A DNA stretch of 64,000 nt. Source: Lingula anatina. Its lineage: Eukaryota; Animalia; Brachiopoda. Position numbers and translations under genes: made by a program. The stretch covers positions 7,192,001 through 7,256,000 of the forward strand of contig CM120641.1 in NCBI GenBank assembly GCA_051362555.1. The letters are read 5' to 3'. The first letter of the stretch is position 1; the number at the start of each line of letters is the position of its first letter. Below, in pieces: positions 26,001 through 39,924 of this stretch. The notes beneath the pieces were generated by a model. The model worked only from the letters and a program-made list of their open reading frames with translations, was not told the origin of the DNA and did not search any database.

Positions 26001-28573
26001 ATTGTGGAGGGTACGCAGAACTGTGAGTAAGAAATGATAAAAAGCGTAAACTTTGAATGCTTAACAAAATGCGACAGTTATACATTATGTTACATGAACA
26101 GCAATTACGTATTGCTGAACGTCAGAAGCGTTATTTCACCTTCGATGTTAGATGTTTTAGTATCAAACTTTGAAAAATTACTTCAGCTTGTTTTGAGATG
26201 TCCAGTGCAGCCCCCTCCGACCATAAAACAAACAAACAAACAAACAAAAACGGAATTCTTGATGTATTTACCGTATTAATGGGTGCCATACGCATGCCTC
26301 CAGGAAATCCATACGTTTCAAGGTTTGCTCTTCCAAACATAAAAACTCCAAACAAACTTATAGGTGAAACATGGTTTATGACGTGTGTTCCCTCGGCTAC
26401 CAAGACCGTAGCACCTTGATAGTCGGTCCCCGGGATCGCGTGCCATATTGTGTCATTCCCCAACGGAACGCCATTCAAGCGGATGCCGCTGGCTTCTGAG
26501 CTTTTAGCTATCAACATCAGGTAGTTTTCGTAAGAGCCAAGGCTGTACTTTGGTGTTGTGAAAGCATATTCCGAGGCGTACTGTTCCATTGGGGGTATCA
26601 GTATCATGGAAGGATCTGCTGGTTCATCATTTTTTACTTGGCTTTGGGCAATTTGAACCACTAGAATTGGATGGTTGCTTTCAATGAGGGTGTATGTATT
26701 ACTTGCGTTAAACCCGATGACATATTCGATGAAACTCCCAGCGTCCGGTAGATTCAACAGTGCTGTCCCTTCGCCTGGAATTCCTGTTATTGAAATCGTA
26801 GTATTTGACGCACTGGCAACAAACCTGAACACGTCTCCTAGTTTGTAAATATCTCTACCAGGTATTGGAACAGTGGCAAACCTCTTGCCCCAACTTTCGA
26901 CGGGCATCAGTTGTTCGACCAAGTGGTCTTGGCTACTTCCATCGCCGACATTGGTTTTCCGATTCCCGCTGAATTCAGCTACGGGTTTGTCGGCGTCTAT
27001 ATATGATCCTGTGAGATCGAATTTATTAGAGGCCTGGATTTGAATGGTCTCAAATCTGTTTAATACAACGTGCATGACATCCCCATTGGCATAATTCACC
27101 CCTTCATACGCCACATTCGTGGCGCTGCCTTCTGGATGTTGCTGGTGGCCCAGTGTCACAGTTATGTTTGTGTTGTCCTCTGTTGCAACGATTCCTGGGA
27201 TAATGAAAAATGATAAACGATGGCATTTTCATTTATACAAGAGAGAGAGAGAGAGAGAGAGATGGAGCAATCAAATCATTACGACCCTTGGATGAAAGCG
27301 GCTTAATTCTAACCTGCCTTCACCTTCAAAAAAAAAAAAAAAAAACGTTTTGAGCGCAACTTAAATATTCTGTTGACTTTGATCTCTTGCAATGTTTCGA
27401 AACTATTTTAATATTTTAAAAAATTAGTCTTGTTGAAACATATCCTGACAAAGACTCATCTTCTTTATAGTGATACGACGTAGCACGTTGGTATCAATTA
27501 AATGTTTAACCCACAGAACCGACGCCGGATTTTATTATTATTTGAGCGAATTTATCACTTCTCCAGTCGACAAATGTTTTTCAAATACTTACCAAATTGG
27601 CAGCGGCGCTTGGCAGGCGAATATGTCACCGTATAGTATTGCTTTCCCAATACATCGGTTGGTAGTCCTACGAAACCGTCGCACGAATATTTCTGTTTGT
27701 TGACACCGTATACAGCCACCTCATCCGTCGCAGATATCCAGAGGCCTTTTGTAGATTTTTCGCAACCGAAATGTCGCAAGTTTTGCGGAAGAAATATCTG
27801 CCGCACCTGACCGCTGGTCACGTTGAGCTCCATGTGAACGCTGTCGTCATGGACCCATTTAGGAGTGCTCACGTTGAACTATGGGAGAAAATCGGTTATT
27901 TAAACTGCTGAATTATTGAATTACGGTAAATTGATGATGATGGATTATTGCCATAATCTACATGTATATAAAACCCTCAATACACCACGTGCTTTGACGA
28001 CAAAATAAATGTTGACCGTGGTAGCTTGATTTTAAATACCTTAGGGACGGTCATTGACATTGCAAGGAAACAAAGCATACAAATACTGTGTTTGACAGTG
28101 AAACAAATTATTTTGATTGTTTATATGAAAATGTGCTTTTACATGTGCTTTCAAGTTAATATCTGTAACATCGTTCGATCAGGATCGCGCAGAAACAGCT
28201 GCCTCATAAAAAAAAACGAAAATATATATGTAAGATAGAAATTTAAAAAAAAAACGTTAATATAAATGTCGATACTCACGAATACCATATCGGAGGATGT
28301 GGTGGTAACGAACAGCTCCAGCATGTAGTCTTGTCGAATGATTTTATTTTCGCCAAACATCACCAAAAATTCAGTGCCGAGATAGTCTGGTCCACCTGGT
28401 GGCCAAGGATAATAAAACTTGAAACAAAACTAAATTTGGCAAAGATTTGTACACTTTGTAGATTGTCAATGTTAAAATTGTTCTTTAGTCACTACAATTA
28501 AGTCATGCAACTTTACAATACCTTCAATTGACGGCACGACGAGAAACAGGATAAGGATGGTAGAAAACTGCAT
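23092..28573 (-). CDS. IgGFc-binding (FCGBP N-terminal) domain type I transmembrane mucin-like protein, copy B (~1232 aa, long Ser-rich tail)
   Basis: Exons 28573-28522, 28395-28280, 27878-27593, 27194-26272, 26020-25930, 25590-25537 and 25268-23092 total 3699 nt in frame. Exon sizes 52/116/286/923/91/54 mirror copy A (52/119/286/923/91/54). TM is ISVITVGSAAGVALAVGGGCFCFFMA followed by GKWRKRR. Confidence 0.9.
24010..25110 (-). repeat. Coding mucin tandem repeat (VSPTT[P/H]TE[A/V]ATTTT[Q/P]SPTTTT, ~63-66-nt units) with a ~312-bp higher-order repeat
   Basis: gttggcgacacagtagtcgtag recurs many times; the block encoding QSPNPTASVSPTTHTTTTQSP occurs at ~24538 and ~24850. Confidence 0.92.
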
Positions 28574-29529
28574 TTTGCTGTATCTAGTAACTTGCCCTGT
28601 AATTAAAAAAAAAAACAAAAAGGAATTCATAAACACACACACACGCACACACAGAGAAAGAGAGAGAGAGGAATCAAAACTTAGGTCATAGGTCAAGCCT
28701 TATCAATAAACTGATTTCCATTAGCAAATTATGTGAACTCGGTATAATTAAAAAATTAATTTATCCCACCCATTGGTCTTAACCTTGGATATATGTTTCG
28801 AAAACTTGTTTTACAATTTTTAGGCGAAACGGACCCGATTGCTTATTATTTCGAAGTAATATGCAGTACGAAATAAGTTTAAAATATTTCATTGGTCATA
28901 AAAAGACCTTTTCACTTATGTTGAAGGAGAAACAATTGTCTCCTTAATTTTATATTGATTTTAAAAATCGATAATCGTATAAAACAAGTTAATCGAAATG
29001 TATAATCCATAGACTTTCCTTTGATACAATCACTCACCTCCCTCTGTCCGTCCCTTGTAAATTTCTTTCATATATTGTGTTTTATACGTGTACTGTATTT
29101 TTGATCAGTTTCTTACTACTTTTCAGTCACGTGTTACCAATACGACTGAACTGTAAACTTTGCGATATAATCATGGAGAGTGACCAGAGGCACTGTGTAC
29201 CAAACTGTTCACCTCTCTTCCGAGAACAATTGAATGTTTTGGTAGTTCAACCCGGTCAGATGTTGCACATATGATTGGGAATACTTCTTGACTTGTACAA
29301 ATAAAATTGTAAGTAGTATAGGTACTATTAAATAGAATAAATTGCTGCACATCCGAGAGAAAATATAACTAAGCAAAGGCAAATAAGAATTGGAAGTTGG
29401 TCCTGAATGATCAAATAAATTGAATTGGTCTGCATCTGAAGAAGACATGACCAATCAAACAATTAAAATGCAAGAATTTATATAGAATAGCACAAATCGT
29501 TGCACTTACAAGAGAAAATGCTGCCGTAT

Positions 29530-29532
<3 letters not shown>

Positions 29533-29596
<64 letters not shown>
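29533..29596. repeat. (TA)n microsatellite
   Basis: Direct read. Confidence 0.95.
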
Positions 29597-29599
<3 letters not shown>

Positions 29600-30860
29600 C
29601 TAGAATGTTCAAATTATTATAGTATGTGGGCTTATTTGTTCATCTTCGATTATAACTGCAATTAAGTACTTAAAACTTATTTAGATTTTGTTTTGGAGCA
29701 TGGAAAAAATTATCTAATAATTTTGTTCATGTTCGGAGCAATCAACCATTTTTTTCTAAAAATTTGAGGACACCTGTACTTTTGATCTCGAGTTTGTCAA
29801 ACTTACGGAAAGCCGTAAGCATGGTGAAAATGTGAACAAAAAATGCATAAAAATCGAGTAGTGGCCATTTTGTTTATCAAGTACACATTCTTACTAATCC
29901 AAACTTTTATAAAGTGTGAGTACTTCCTGTTCGTCGATACTTCCATTTCTGACAAATATACAAATATTGACAAAACAGCTGAACAATTTGCTCTCAGAAT
30001 TACCAAATGATCCAACTGACGTCACGAATCTGTGAGACATCCGCAGGATTTCTAAAAGCACGCCCTGGGTCATGGCTTTTAGATGAGATATAGAGAAGCA
30101 TATTTGGATTTTAAGATCTACCTGAGGCGAAACAATAAAATTCAGGTAAATGTCACCGTGACCGAAGTGGGGCCTTTGTCTGACCTCTGCGTCCCAAGGA
30201 GCGCACTATTTTACCCCGCGAGACATGTACTTTTAAGCACATTGACATATGTATGTAATGCTCTGTATGAACGAATGGAGCTAGGAGGCTGAGGTGGGGA
30301 ATTCTTATTTTACTTTTTTTAAGGCAAAGGGGCGATGTATCAAAAGTAAACAAGTTTTTGATTAACGCCTTCAGATATTCTCTACAATGGTATGAGTAAT
30401 GAAAGTTTTGAAAATAACAACCTTTTGGATAATATTTGCATGTTTTAATGCTAAGAAAATTTATATTGCCACAAAGGGGTCTTACTGCTGCATTTTGTCC
30501 CCAGCTTTAATTTCTTTCTCACAATGCCTGGTAACGAAGGATTTGCAAATTACTTTCTACTGGTTTGAAAATGCAGTTTTGTCGTGTTTCGTGTGAAACT
30601 GATTTGAAGACTTTATTTATTGCTAAATATTATTGCAAAAGCAACTGAAAATATCGACATACGACAAAAGACGTCAGGGAGGTTTTTATTTTTCAATTTT
30701 TAAAAGCCAGGCGACACCGCGAAAGCTATTAATTGCGTTATTTAAAAAGAACATTCTAGACATTTTTAGACGTTAGGCATCACATTCGCTTCCAGATCGA
30801 TTGGAGAATGAAAGATGAGTGCTGCAAGCGACAGTAACGAAGGTTTATTTATTATTATTA

Positions 30861-30892
<32 letters not shown>

Positions 30893-31441
30893 TGTGTGTG
30901 TGTGTGTGTGTGTTTATGTGTTTGTCAGAACTGATAAATCTAGTGATTACTTTTTCAGGCATTTAAGTTTTAAACTGATGTTAGAAGTTCCACTTGCATA
31001 AACAATCCTTCCCTTTGCTTACTTTTAATAAAATAAAAAAAAAAGTTAAATGGACATATATATATTGCCAATCAGTATTCATAACACAGATAACCCATGC
31101 GTAAATTTTTCAAACTTCATTTATATCACAATTGAAGATTCTTACAAATTCAAAAGTGCGTATTGTGGTAGATGCGATGAGAGAAGTTCTACGTAGCTCA
31201 TACGTGTACGTCCATTGCATTGTCATTTCTCCCTCTTCTTTTCTGCAGTATGCTGTCCGTTTTCGTCTCTTTTTCTAATGTGCGTGTGTTGTTGTTATCT
31301 TTTAGTTGTCCTGCATGTTGCTTATCACATTTTCAACGGGTTATTTGGAGTTGCCTTAAGCAAGGAGTTATAACAGATGTAATATACGTAAAGAGATTCT
31401 CAGTAGAGATTCGCTGTCTGATGTCTCTTAATACCGGTGTC

Positions 31442-34400
31442 TCAACATGTTTCTTGTGTTAGGTTATAATTAATCTTTGTAAAAAGGTTCTCGGCAGTGA
31501 TCTGTTGTTCTTGGCTCAAGGGAAAGACTGGGTCCACTGCAGTTTGGATTAAAGATTCTGCTAAACTAGGAAGAAGTTTTCTGAAAGACCAAGTAAATAA
31601 ATAATTATTTCCACAACTAAGTAAAAGTAAATGCTGCACTTGCACCACATACCAGGTATATATGTCACCTGACAGCTAGGTGACATATAAGCTAAATGAT
31701 TTTCAGCCAATTGTGAAAACAAAATTAAAGACATAAGCTGACTCGCTAGTCCTTTTCATTTCTTTATGTAAATATCATCATTATTTAGTATGAACAACTG
31801 ATGTGGTTACATATTGAAAAAAAAGATGTCTTTAAAAAAAAGAGGAGGGGGTAGCTGAATGCACAGTCTTAGGTAGAGGAAAGGCTGCATTACACGTATG
31901 TGAACATTGAATGATGGCCAGCCAAATATTGGTTAGCAATAGCTCTTGTTTTAGCTGTTTGTTGAAGAAACTATACAGTGTGGTTGTATAAGTGTGATAT
32001 TGACAATAAATATCCTACTTTGCACATGCTGGAGACCCATTGACTTCAATCAGCCAGACTTTGAAAGCTTCATCGATCATAAAGTCAAATCCAAATAACT
32101 GGAAACTTTTATAGGCAAAACCAGCTGTAGACAAGTGTTCCTTGCATGCTTTGAAACACTCAAGGATGATGTTCTCAATCTGAGGTAGAATACTGGCCGA
32201 CAAGGTCACACAGTGCTGACTTTGGAGATATCTGAAAAATAGACAATAAGGCTATTAAACAAATAGAAAAGAAAGAAAAAAAAACAGAAAAACAATTCAC
32301 ATTTGGTAACTTCCAGTACAAATTGTTCATTACAAACAACATTATATCACCCAAATTAGAATAATTTTGAAGATTTATTTCCTTTTTGGTGGTTGGTTTG
32401 AATGGTATCTTAACAAAATGGTCAACATGTAGGAAAAACTATAACAGAGGTTCTTAGAGAGCATACCAATAAAATTACAACTAAATTCTTAATTTTTTCA
32501 AAGTGCCTTAAAAACCAAACTTACCTGTTAAACTCATCAAAAAACAATTCATTTCCTTCCTCATATTTGCCATAGTTTTGTGAGTGTTCCTGCAGGCAAT
32601 GGTTGGTGAGATGGCTGGTCAGGTCTGTCAGGTCTGTGGCATTGTAGGGCTCTGAGGACGTGCGCAGTACACCTTCCTTGTACAAATAGATATCAAACTG
32701 GGTGTCAACCAGGACCCAAGATCTGAAATAGCAAACATTAATATAACAAAAGTGATAGCTCATTCTAAAACTGCAATTAAAAGATAGATTTTAACAATTA
32801 CAAGACATGAAAAATTGCAATCAATAGATGTTTTACAATTATGAAACATATACAGTAAAATATGTTGGCATACAGTTCCACTTTTATACAAGAGTCAGTT
32901 TCAATTAGAACTGTTACAGATCCATGCAGATAATATTATTTGTTCACTTCAATCATGTCAGTTCTTTTATACCATTTTATTAAAGGTAGTTCTACTTGTG
33001 TTATGTGAGAGATTCAAATTACCTGATATCAAACTTCCTGCCTCCAGAAAGCAACAGAGGCTTTTCCAAGTACTTCTGAACTATATGAGCTTGTGATTTT
33101 GAATCTGTAAAGTGGAGAATTTCTTCCACATCACTTGATATCAACACACCTTGACCTGCAAAATGTCATTGTACTGATGTTGACATTGTTTGAATCAATC
33201 AAGTCCATTAAACTAATCTCTGAAATCAAACTTCAACAGATCAATACATAACAGTATAAACCCTTCAGTTCAGTGTGTTAGAAAAATATACTAGTCCTAC
33301 TGCTATATTACTACTACCACTGTTTCAGTTTCTCAATTTTCTTTTAGCTTAGCCTGGGTTCACATGCCTAGATTGATCCGTTAAAATCCATTTAAATGTC
33401 TGCCATGCCTACCATATCAGCTAGGGCAAAGATAATTACCCCCTAACAGCTTTACTAGGCATGACAGACGTTTAAGCCAGTTAAGTTGATGGCAATTTAG
33501 TTAGACTCCCCAGGGAGATAGATCAATCCAAATATCTGTGGGAATGGTCCCTTAATGTTTAAAAAATAAAAAGTCGGACAAATATTTCAACCTTTGTATA
33601 TTTATATATATATATGATAGTTACCTTTAGCTCCAGCAGCTGATTTCACAATCCAAATGCAGCCTTTTCCTTCTGACCTTACTCTCTCAAAATATTGTTT
33701 AAATTCTTCTCTCTCATCTGTTTTGATGCTTCTTTTCTTTTGAGCTATAAATGATTTCAAGTCTGATTGTTCTTCTTGCTCTGGTGTAATATTAGGATAT
33801 AATATAAAGGATGGTGGTAACCATTCAAAAGGCTCTTGACCCGTCTCCTTCCACTGTTTACAAAGTGTGCTGTATAAGAAAAATAATTACAGCAGTTAAT
33901 GATGGTTCCCATGGTACCCCACATGGAACAAATGAGTAAATAATTTGCACCCATTACATACACCCAGAAAACAGGGATGAATAATACTGTAAATCATCAA
34001 TATTCTCTCTTGCTATGTCTATTTGGGATGCTATACACTAAACAAAATAATTAATTCATATATAAAATATATTTCTAGCCACACATTTTCTGATACTCAA
34101 TTTATGCAATATAATGCATGTATATACATGTAGGTAAGTACATGGAATATAAAATGAAAAAATGCTATAACAATATTGGTGGCTACTTGAAATAATCAAT
34201 GAAAACCCCACCTTTCTAGTAGCCTCTATTATATGACTATTCCTTTTTATAACATTTCCTACATAATCAAGAGCCACTTTGTTTTTTCCACAAGGAAATC
34301 TTGTATGCATGTACATGTAAGTGCAGCATTTCCACCCCTGCATGTGGCTGTGGAGAAATAAAGTGTCCTATGTCATACCTGACCATGGAAGTTTTCCTAC

Positions 34401-35016
34401 ACAGACATCCTGAGCCTCTATAATAATTCACAATCTGAACGAACCCAGGTTCATGGCCTGTAAAAAGAAGCAGAATTAAGTTGAATTTAACTGGGTTAAA
34501 ATTAACTGGGTTAAAAAAAGTAAACACACTAATTGGGATCATGTTTGTAAATGACGACCTGATATTCAACAGTAATTCATTGTTTTTGCAACGTGGTGAG
34601 ATTCTGAAAGTGAGAGGATGAAATCTAATTGAAACTAAAAATCAAGCATAATAATCAAGCAAGATAAGCATTTTAATAAGATCATTGAACAGCAGTGATA
34701 CTAATTAACACAATCATGTACCAGCTTAACTTGCATTTGCACCTTGCTGTATATAAAATGCAGCACAAGCACATGTATAACTATAGCAAAGCACATATAC
34801 TGTACAGGGGTGTATGTACCAGTATGATGTACCGGTGTATGTGTACTAAATACCCAGTCTTCCATATGGCAATCCGTTTCTCTCCCCCAGCATAAGATTG
34901 AATTTTGGGCTTTCCCTTGCCACGCGTTTCCACACATTTCCCCTGGTTTCAAGTAGAATGCTTGAGACTGCACTGTACACGCTGCTTCCTTCATCTCGGG
35001 ATACGAAACTATACAT
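31442..35016 (-). CDS. TTL: Tubulin--tyrosine ligase (~389 aa; possible 13-aa longer start at 35055)
   Basis: Exons 35016-34854, 34457-34379, 33869-33625, 33155-33023, 32722-32525, 32231-32019 and 31580-31442 total 1170 nt in frame. [51 protein letters not shown] and [23 protein letters not shown] are diagnostic of TTL. Confidence 0.96.
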
Positions 35017-35488
35017 GCCCAGTCTTCTTTCAGGTAAATTCACTGATTCACTCATTCGAATACAATTATCTAAAACTTTTAGGTGCACCTTAAGCCAAGG
35101 GCCCGTCGCTGACTTTTGGTATGTCTACCGGCACATTGGGCCTGCATCAACTTTGAAATAGAATTTCGTTAGTTATCCAAGGGTGCATCGCACATGCACA
35201 TTGCAAAATTTTAAATCTTCATCTGCCTGCGCCTAAGTGCACCGTCGGACGCCAATACCATTACATGTACCAGTAGTACCCCAGTAGTAGATCTACAGCA
35301 TAAAGCCGGCAAAGATAGGTCTATTTATACAAGTCATTTCAAGAATCATCGATTACTCGACGGTTGAACACCTGAGACAAAGTGCTGCATTACATTACAA
35401 AGTCCTTTGAGTCTATATCCGTGGTAATTTTCCACTTAACAAACAAGGGTCAGTGCTTCTTCTGATCAACGATGTTTACATTGGTTTC

Positions 35489-35546
35489 AATATGGCCGCT
35501 TCGCGCGAAGTCAAATATTCTGATTGGCGAACACAAAATGACGTAA
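35489..35546 (-). promoter_or_regulatory. Housekeeping-type promoter motif cluster upstream of TTL
   Basis: AATATGGC (YY1-like) at 35489, palindrome CTTCGCGCGAAG (E2F-like) at 35499-35510, CCAAT box (ATTGG) at ~35523 and TGACGTAA (CRE/ATF-like) at 35539, in a CpG-rich patch ~0.5 kb 5' of the ATG. Confidence 0.5.
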
Positions 35547-35988
35547 CTTATCTAGGCCTATAGATGTGTAGGAAGGGAGTCGCGCTAGAACCGCAAGGTT
35601 TTCAAACAACAAAAAGTAATCCAAATAACGCAAGAATAAAAGTTCAGTTTTATGCTATTACCTTTATTACAATACATTTATTACATTACATTTATTTTGT
35701 CATTAATCCATCAGGCGTTGGGGAAATGAAAAACTGCACTGTCTTATTTCTATTATGAAAACACCACTTAAAAAAATCAAATGTGTGGTCAGGCCTAAAA
35801 TTATCATCACTTAGAATTACCCATCTTCGAAAATTTTAGTGAACTGAAAATAAGAAAGAAGTTTTATACTGGGGGTGTATCCAAATTTGAAAAACAATAC
35901 TTGACACCGTCCCAATGAGCACAGCTAGCGCAATGAACATGGCAACCTGCTCAAGGACTATCAAGACCAACATACGTAAATGAGTCAG

Positions 35989-35991
<3 letters not shown>

Positions 35992-36041
<50 letters not shown>
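35992..36041. repeat. Compound (TG)n(AG)n microsatellite
   Basis: Direct read. Confidence 0.95.
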
Positions 36042-36042
<1 letters not shown>

Positions 36043-39000
36043 TGAGATACGTCCTGCACAAACTATTTAGGGAATGACAACCGATGGAGGTCTACGGAGT
36101 GAGAGTAATTTCACCTAATAGACCTAGGCCTACAATATTTAGTCTAAAATGATTTCATAGAAGAGAAAACATGAGTGTTTATCCATCCCACCCCACCCCC
36201 CGACCTGTGCCTCACCAGAAAGGGGAAATGATACAATGAATCCCACAGACCTCTGATAAAGGGACTGAGAGCAAAATGGTGGATGCCCCCCCCCCCCCCC
36301 CCCCCCCCCCAACATTAACACCTAGATCCGTCTGAAGGTTAAGTAGGCCTGAAAAATGACACAAGAGAGGATTGAATTAGCTTCTTAAATCCATAAAACC
36401 ATCTACATGTACAAATGTCAAGATGAAATGTATTTTCAACATTTACCAATTCTTGTCAGTACTTCAACATTGACTTTCATAGGGTTTTTTTTCAGCTTTT
36501 CTATCACCGCCTATTAACAAGCAATGGTAAACAGTTAAAATATAAAAAAGAAAAGTTATTCCAAAAATTTGCTGTTGGCCTCCTCATAACTGAGCGATAT
36601 GTTTTTTGCTTTATTATCGCAAGATGCTTAGTGTCTTATTCAATCATTTTTGATAAAACCAACAGGTGGTTGTACTATAGTATGCTTGCAATAGAAACTG
36701 CACTAAAGGAACGTATTTTTTTCTAACGATACTTTATTCTACAATCTTTTTATTAGGTGCTTGCCATATATCCGACAGTCTATTAAGTGCCAACGACTTT
36801 AGGGGGTGATTCTGTCACTTCTGACACATTTAGATATGATGGAAAATTACATAAAACTTGAACAGATGTTAGAAACGAGAAAAAATACATTTCATAAACC
36901 TTTGTGTACTTGAGGTTTATGGACCCTTGCAGAAGTGGATCAGATCCAATATAAAATTTAAGATAATAATTATTGAGGCTTGTCATTGCCAGGTTTAAGG
37001 ATAAATTGGGCCCGAGCAATTCAATTTAACAATATTCCGGGATCGTCTTGTATATAGAGTATCGGTATTTTTTTTCAACATATCATTACCAAGCCCAGGA
37101 CAAAATTTATGTTGTAATTATAAAAGGTTTCAAGCATGAATTCATTAACTCAGTTTGAACGTCTACAAAGTTCTACCACGATTTCATCTGAAGGCGTTGC
37201 AGCTCGTTTCTAAATGCGTTTTTATGTCAACCGCTGAAAGTTCTTCCATAAACTAATCCCAAGAACTCCTGTCATGCTCTCCCGTGGTCTAAGAACAACA
37301 TTAGTCCTCTTCCTCATTAACTTTTTTCCTCAGCTTTTCGTACATCATTAGCAGCCGAACACTTCTTACAAGAAAGACCTACAGTTTGTGGGCTGTAGAG
37401 ATTACATATAAATCACCAGAAGAAAGTATGCTTTCATGGTCAATTTGAGTGACATGCACCTCCTGATGTGGCCGTTCTGGGCTATAAAAAGGTTTTAGAA
37501 AGCACACACGAATTTGAAATATTCCAAAAAATATTATGGCCATGTTGATGAATCATTAAATTCATACTGCGCCTTAATTAAATTTCACAAGACAGTCGCA
37601 CGCAGTTCCTTTTAAATTTTGTTAATTCCGGGAATGATTGACGCGTTTGTGGAGACACTTTATCCCCCCAGCAAACGCAATTAGAGAGGTCACCGCGGAG
37701 ACATGTTATTTCACTGAATACACTATCCCTGAACTTCCGAAGCATCTCTATCATTTTATGAGTGGTAGAAAGTTTGCGGTTGAAGCGTCAGAATGCAAAG
37801 GCTTGATACATGCGAGGCAAAAGCAGCCACCATCTGTTTCTGTAGCGGGAATGGTATGCTTGCATACGCGTATGCGTTACTTGTAGTTATATTTGATTGG
37901 TTTGTTTGTTTGTTTAATAGTCTTGGAAACGCACATAAACTGGCTGATATTAAAGTTATTTATCTAGCGTATGATTGCGACATCAATTGAATGACGTATG
38001 CGGGTATGCAAAAGTGTGTAAATGTTGGACAAAGCGTATCGACAACGGACAGACATGAACGATTATAGGTGAGCATGCTATGTTTGGTGAGAAAATTACT
38101 TGTCGTATACGTGTGACGTGCATATGTGCCAATTGTTGAAATATATATTTCCGTATTTGATGTGTGTGCAGGGTACTTGTGCTCACCCAAGCGAAGTAAA
38201 AAAGAATATCCACGGGCAGAAAGGCATACCCGAAGAAATCGAGTCACCTATCGTTTTTCGTTCCTAAAAACAAGTATTTCGAATTTATTTGATGTGTCTT
38301 CCACTCACAAGGGCTGTCCTTTTTATATTATTTTAGTACATACTCTAGAGTTTTAATAGCGGGTTATGACGTTTCAATGAACACTCAGAGCAACTGCAAA
38401 ACAGTAGCAAATATCTACTCACAAAATATAAATAAGTATTTTGAAAAATGGCCTTTATTTTACAAGAAAAAGTGCTCATAGGATAATTTACAAGGGATAT
38501 GAAATATCATATCTAGGTGTTTATTTAACACCACTGCGCGTTACTCAACAACACTGCGACTGACCAAAGAAGTGGAGTTGCCCATAAGTAGATCTAACGT
38601 GATTATTTTCACAAGGAAGCTCAGATTCTCACTGGGACGCTTATCACAGTGCCACATCAGTTTGCGATCTGTCCACGCTGTTTGTGTAGTTCCCCCACCC
38701 GTCTGTGGTTCTCCATCAACTTTTAACCGCAACCTTCTCAACGGGCCAGACTGATACGCCGAGGAAATCCTATCTGGTCTGTAGTCGTAATTTATACTTA
38801 CTTTTTTCAAATTGGAATTGCTATATTAGGGGAAATGTGTTTGGGGGGCAATACCGTGTTTATTGTGCCAGTTAATTCGAAAGATAAACTTTTCCTGCTC
38901 ATCTCCCATCGAATAACGTAGGTATTTTCTGGAACGTATTATTCGTAATTAATAAATTATTCATTTTAGGTCTATTTTTGACCAGCAATCCGCAACGAAA

Positions 39001-39924
39001 ACAACAAACTTTAGTCACTACACAACGCATCGTTTGATGAATGGTTAAAATGGGAAATGCTATTACTAATTCACCGTATTACGGATTATTTCGATTTCCT
39101 TCCCTAAGTGCTGGCAATATTCTACTAATTGATTAAACCATCAGCTTTTAGCCTTTAGTGTAGCATAATGTGACAACGTTTCCTGTTTTACAAGCTGAAT
39201 CAATATTCCATTTTTTTGCTCTTTTTTTTTCAAAAGCAAATTGATAGCTATCGCACGCGCACAAAAAGATGGGCAGAGAACGCATTAACGCAACTCCTCC
39301 CAGAAAATAGTTAATAATAGCAGCGTGAAGCCTGTCATATCGGTCTTTGTCCCCTCCTACAAGATTTCATGATACTCTTTCTATTTATTTATTGATCCAA
39401 TAAATGGAATTAACGGCACTTGGGAGTAAACGTGGTCGCTGAATTTTGCCGTACCTGAATTGGGCGTGTCTTGTGTGTTGGTGGCAAAGAAACGCTCTCA
39501 CAGAAAAGCCCTTGGTGGAAACGTCACTGTACACATCAAAATAATGCAATTAAGGTTAATGATTTCTATCACAACACCCAGACCTATTCTCTTAACCATC
39601 CAGGAGAATATTTTTAATCGCTTGCAAATTTTCTATTGTTCTGGGGCTAGTGGGCCCGCGTGGGATGCTTAGCTCGAGCCGCCTGGTGGCAATTGCTGGA
39701 TGTTTGTACAGCTATTCATCATTTCGGCCACTCAGCTGGCTGATATATATACGTGCTTTCTCACTGCCTGGGATTACTACCAATGTTACTATTACGGCAA
39801 CACGCGTTCGGAGCGACTGCAGCCAGTGCAGGATAGTACATATAGTAACAGTGGAAAGTAAATACCAGAGTCATTGGTGACATTTTCTGATTCAGAGAGC
39901 GGTCTTCATGACAACACTGATATA

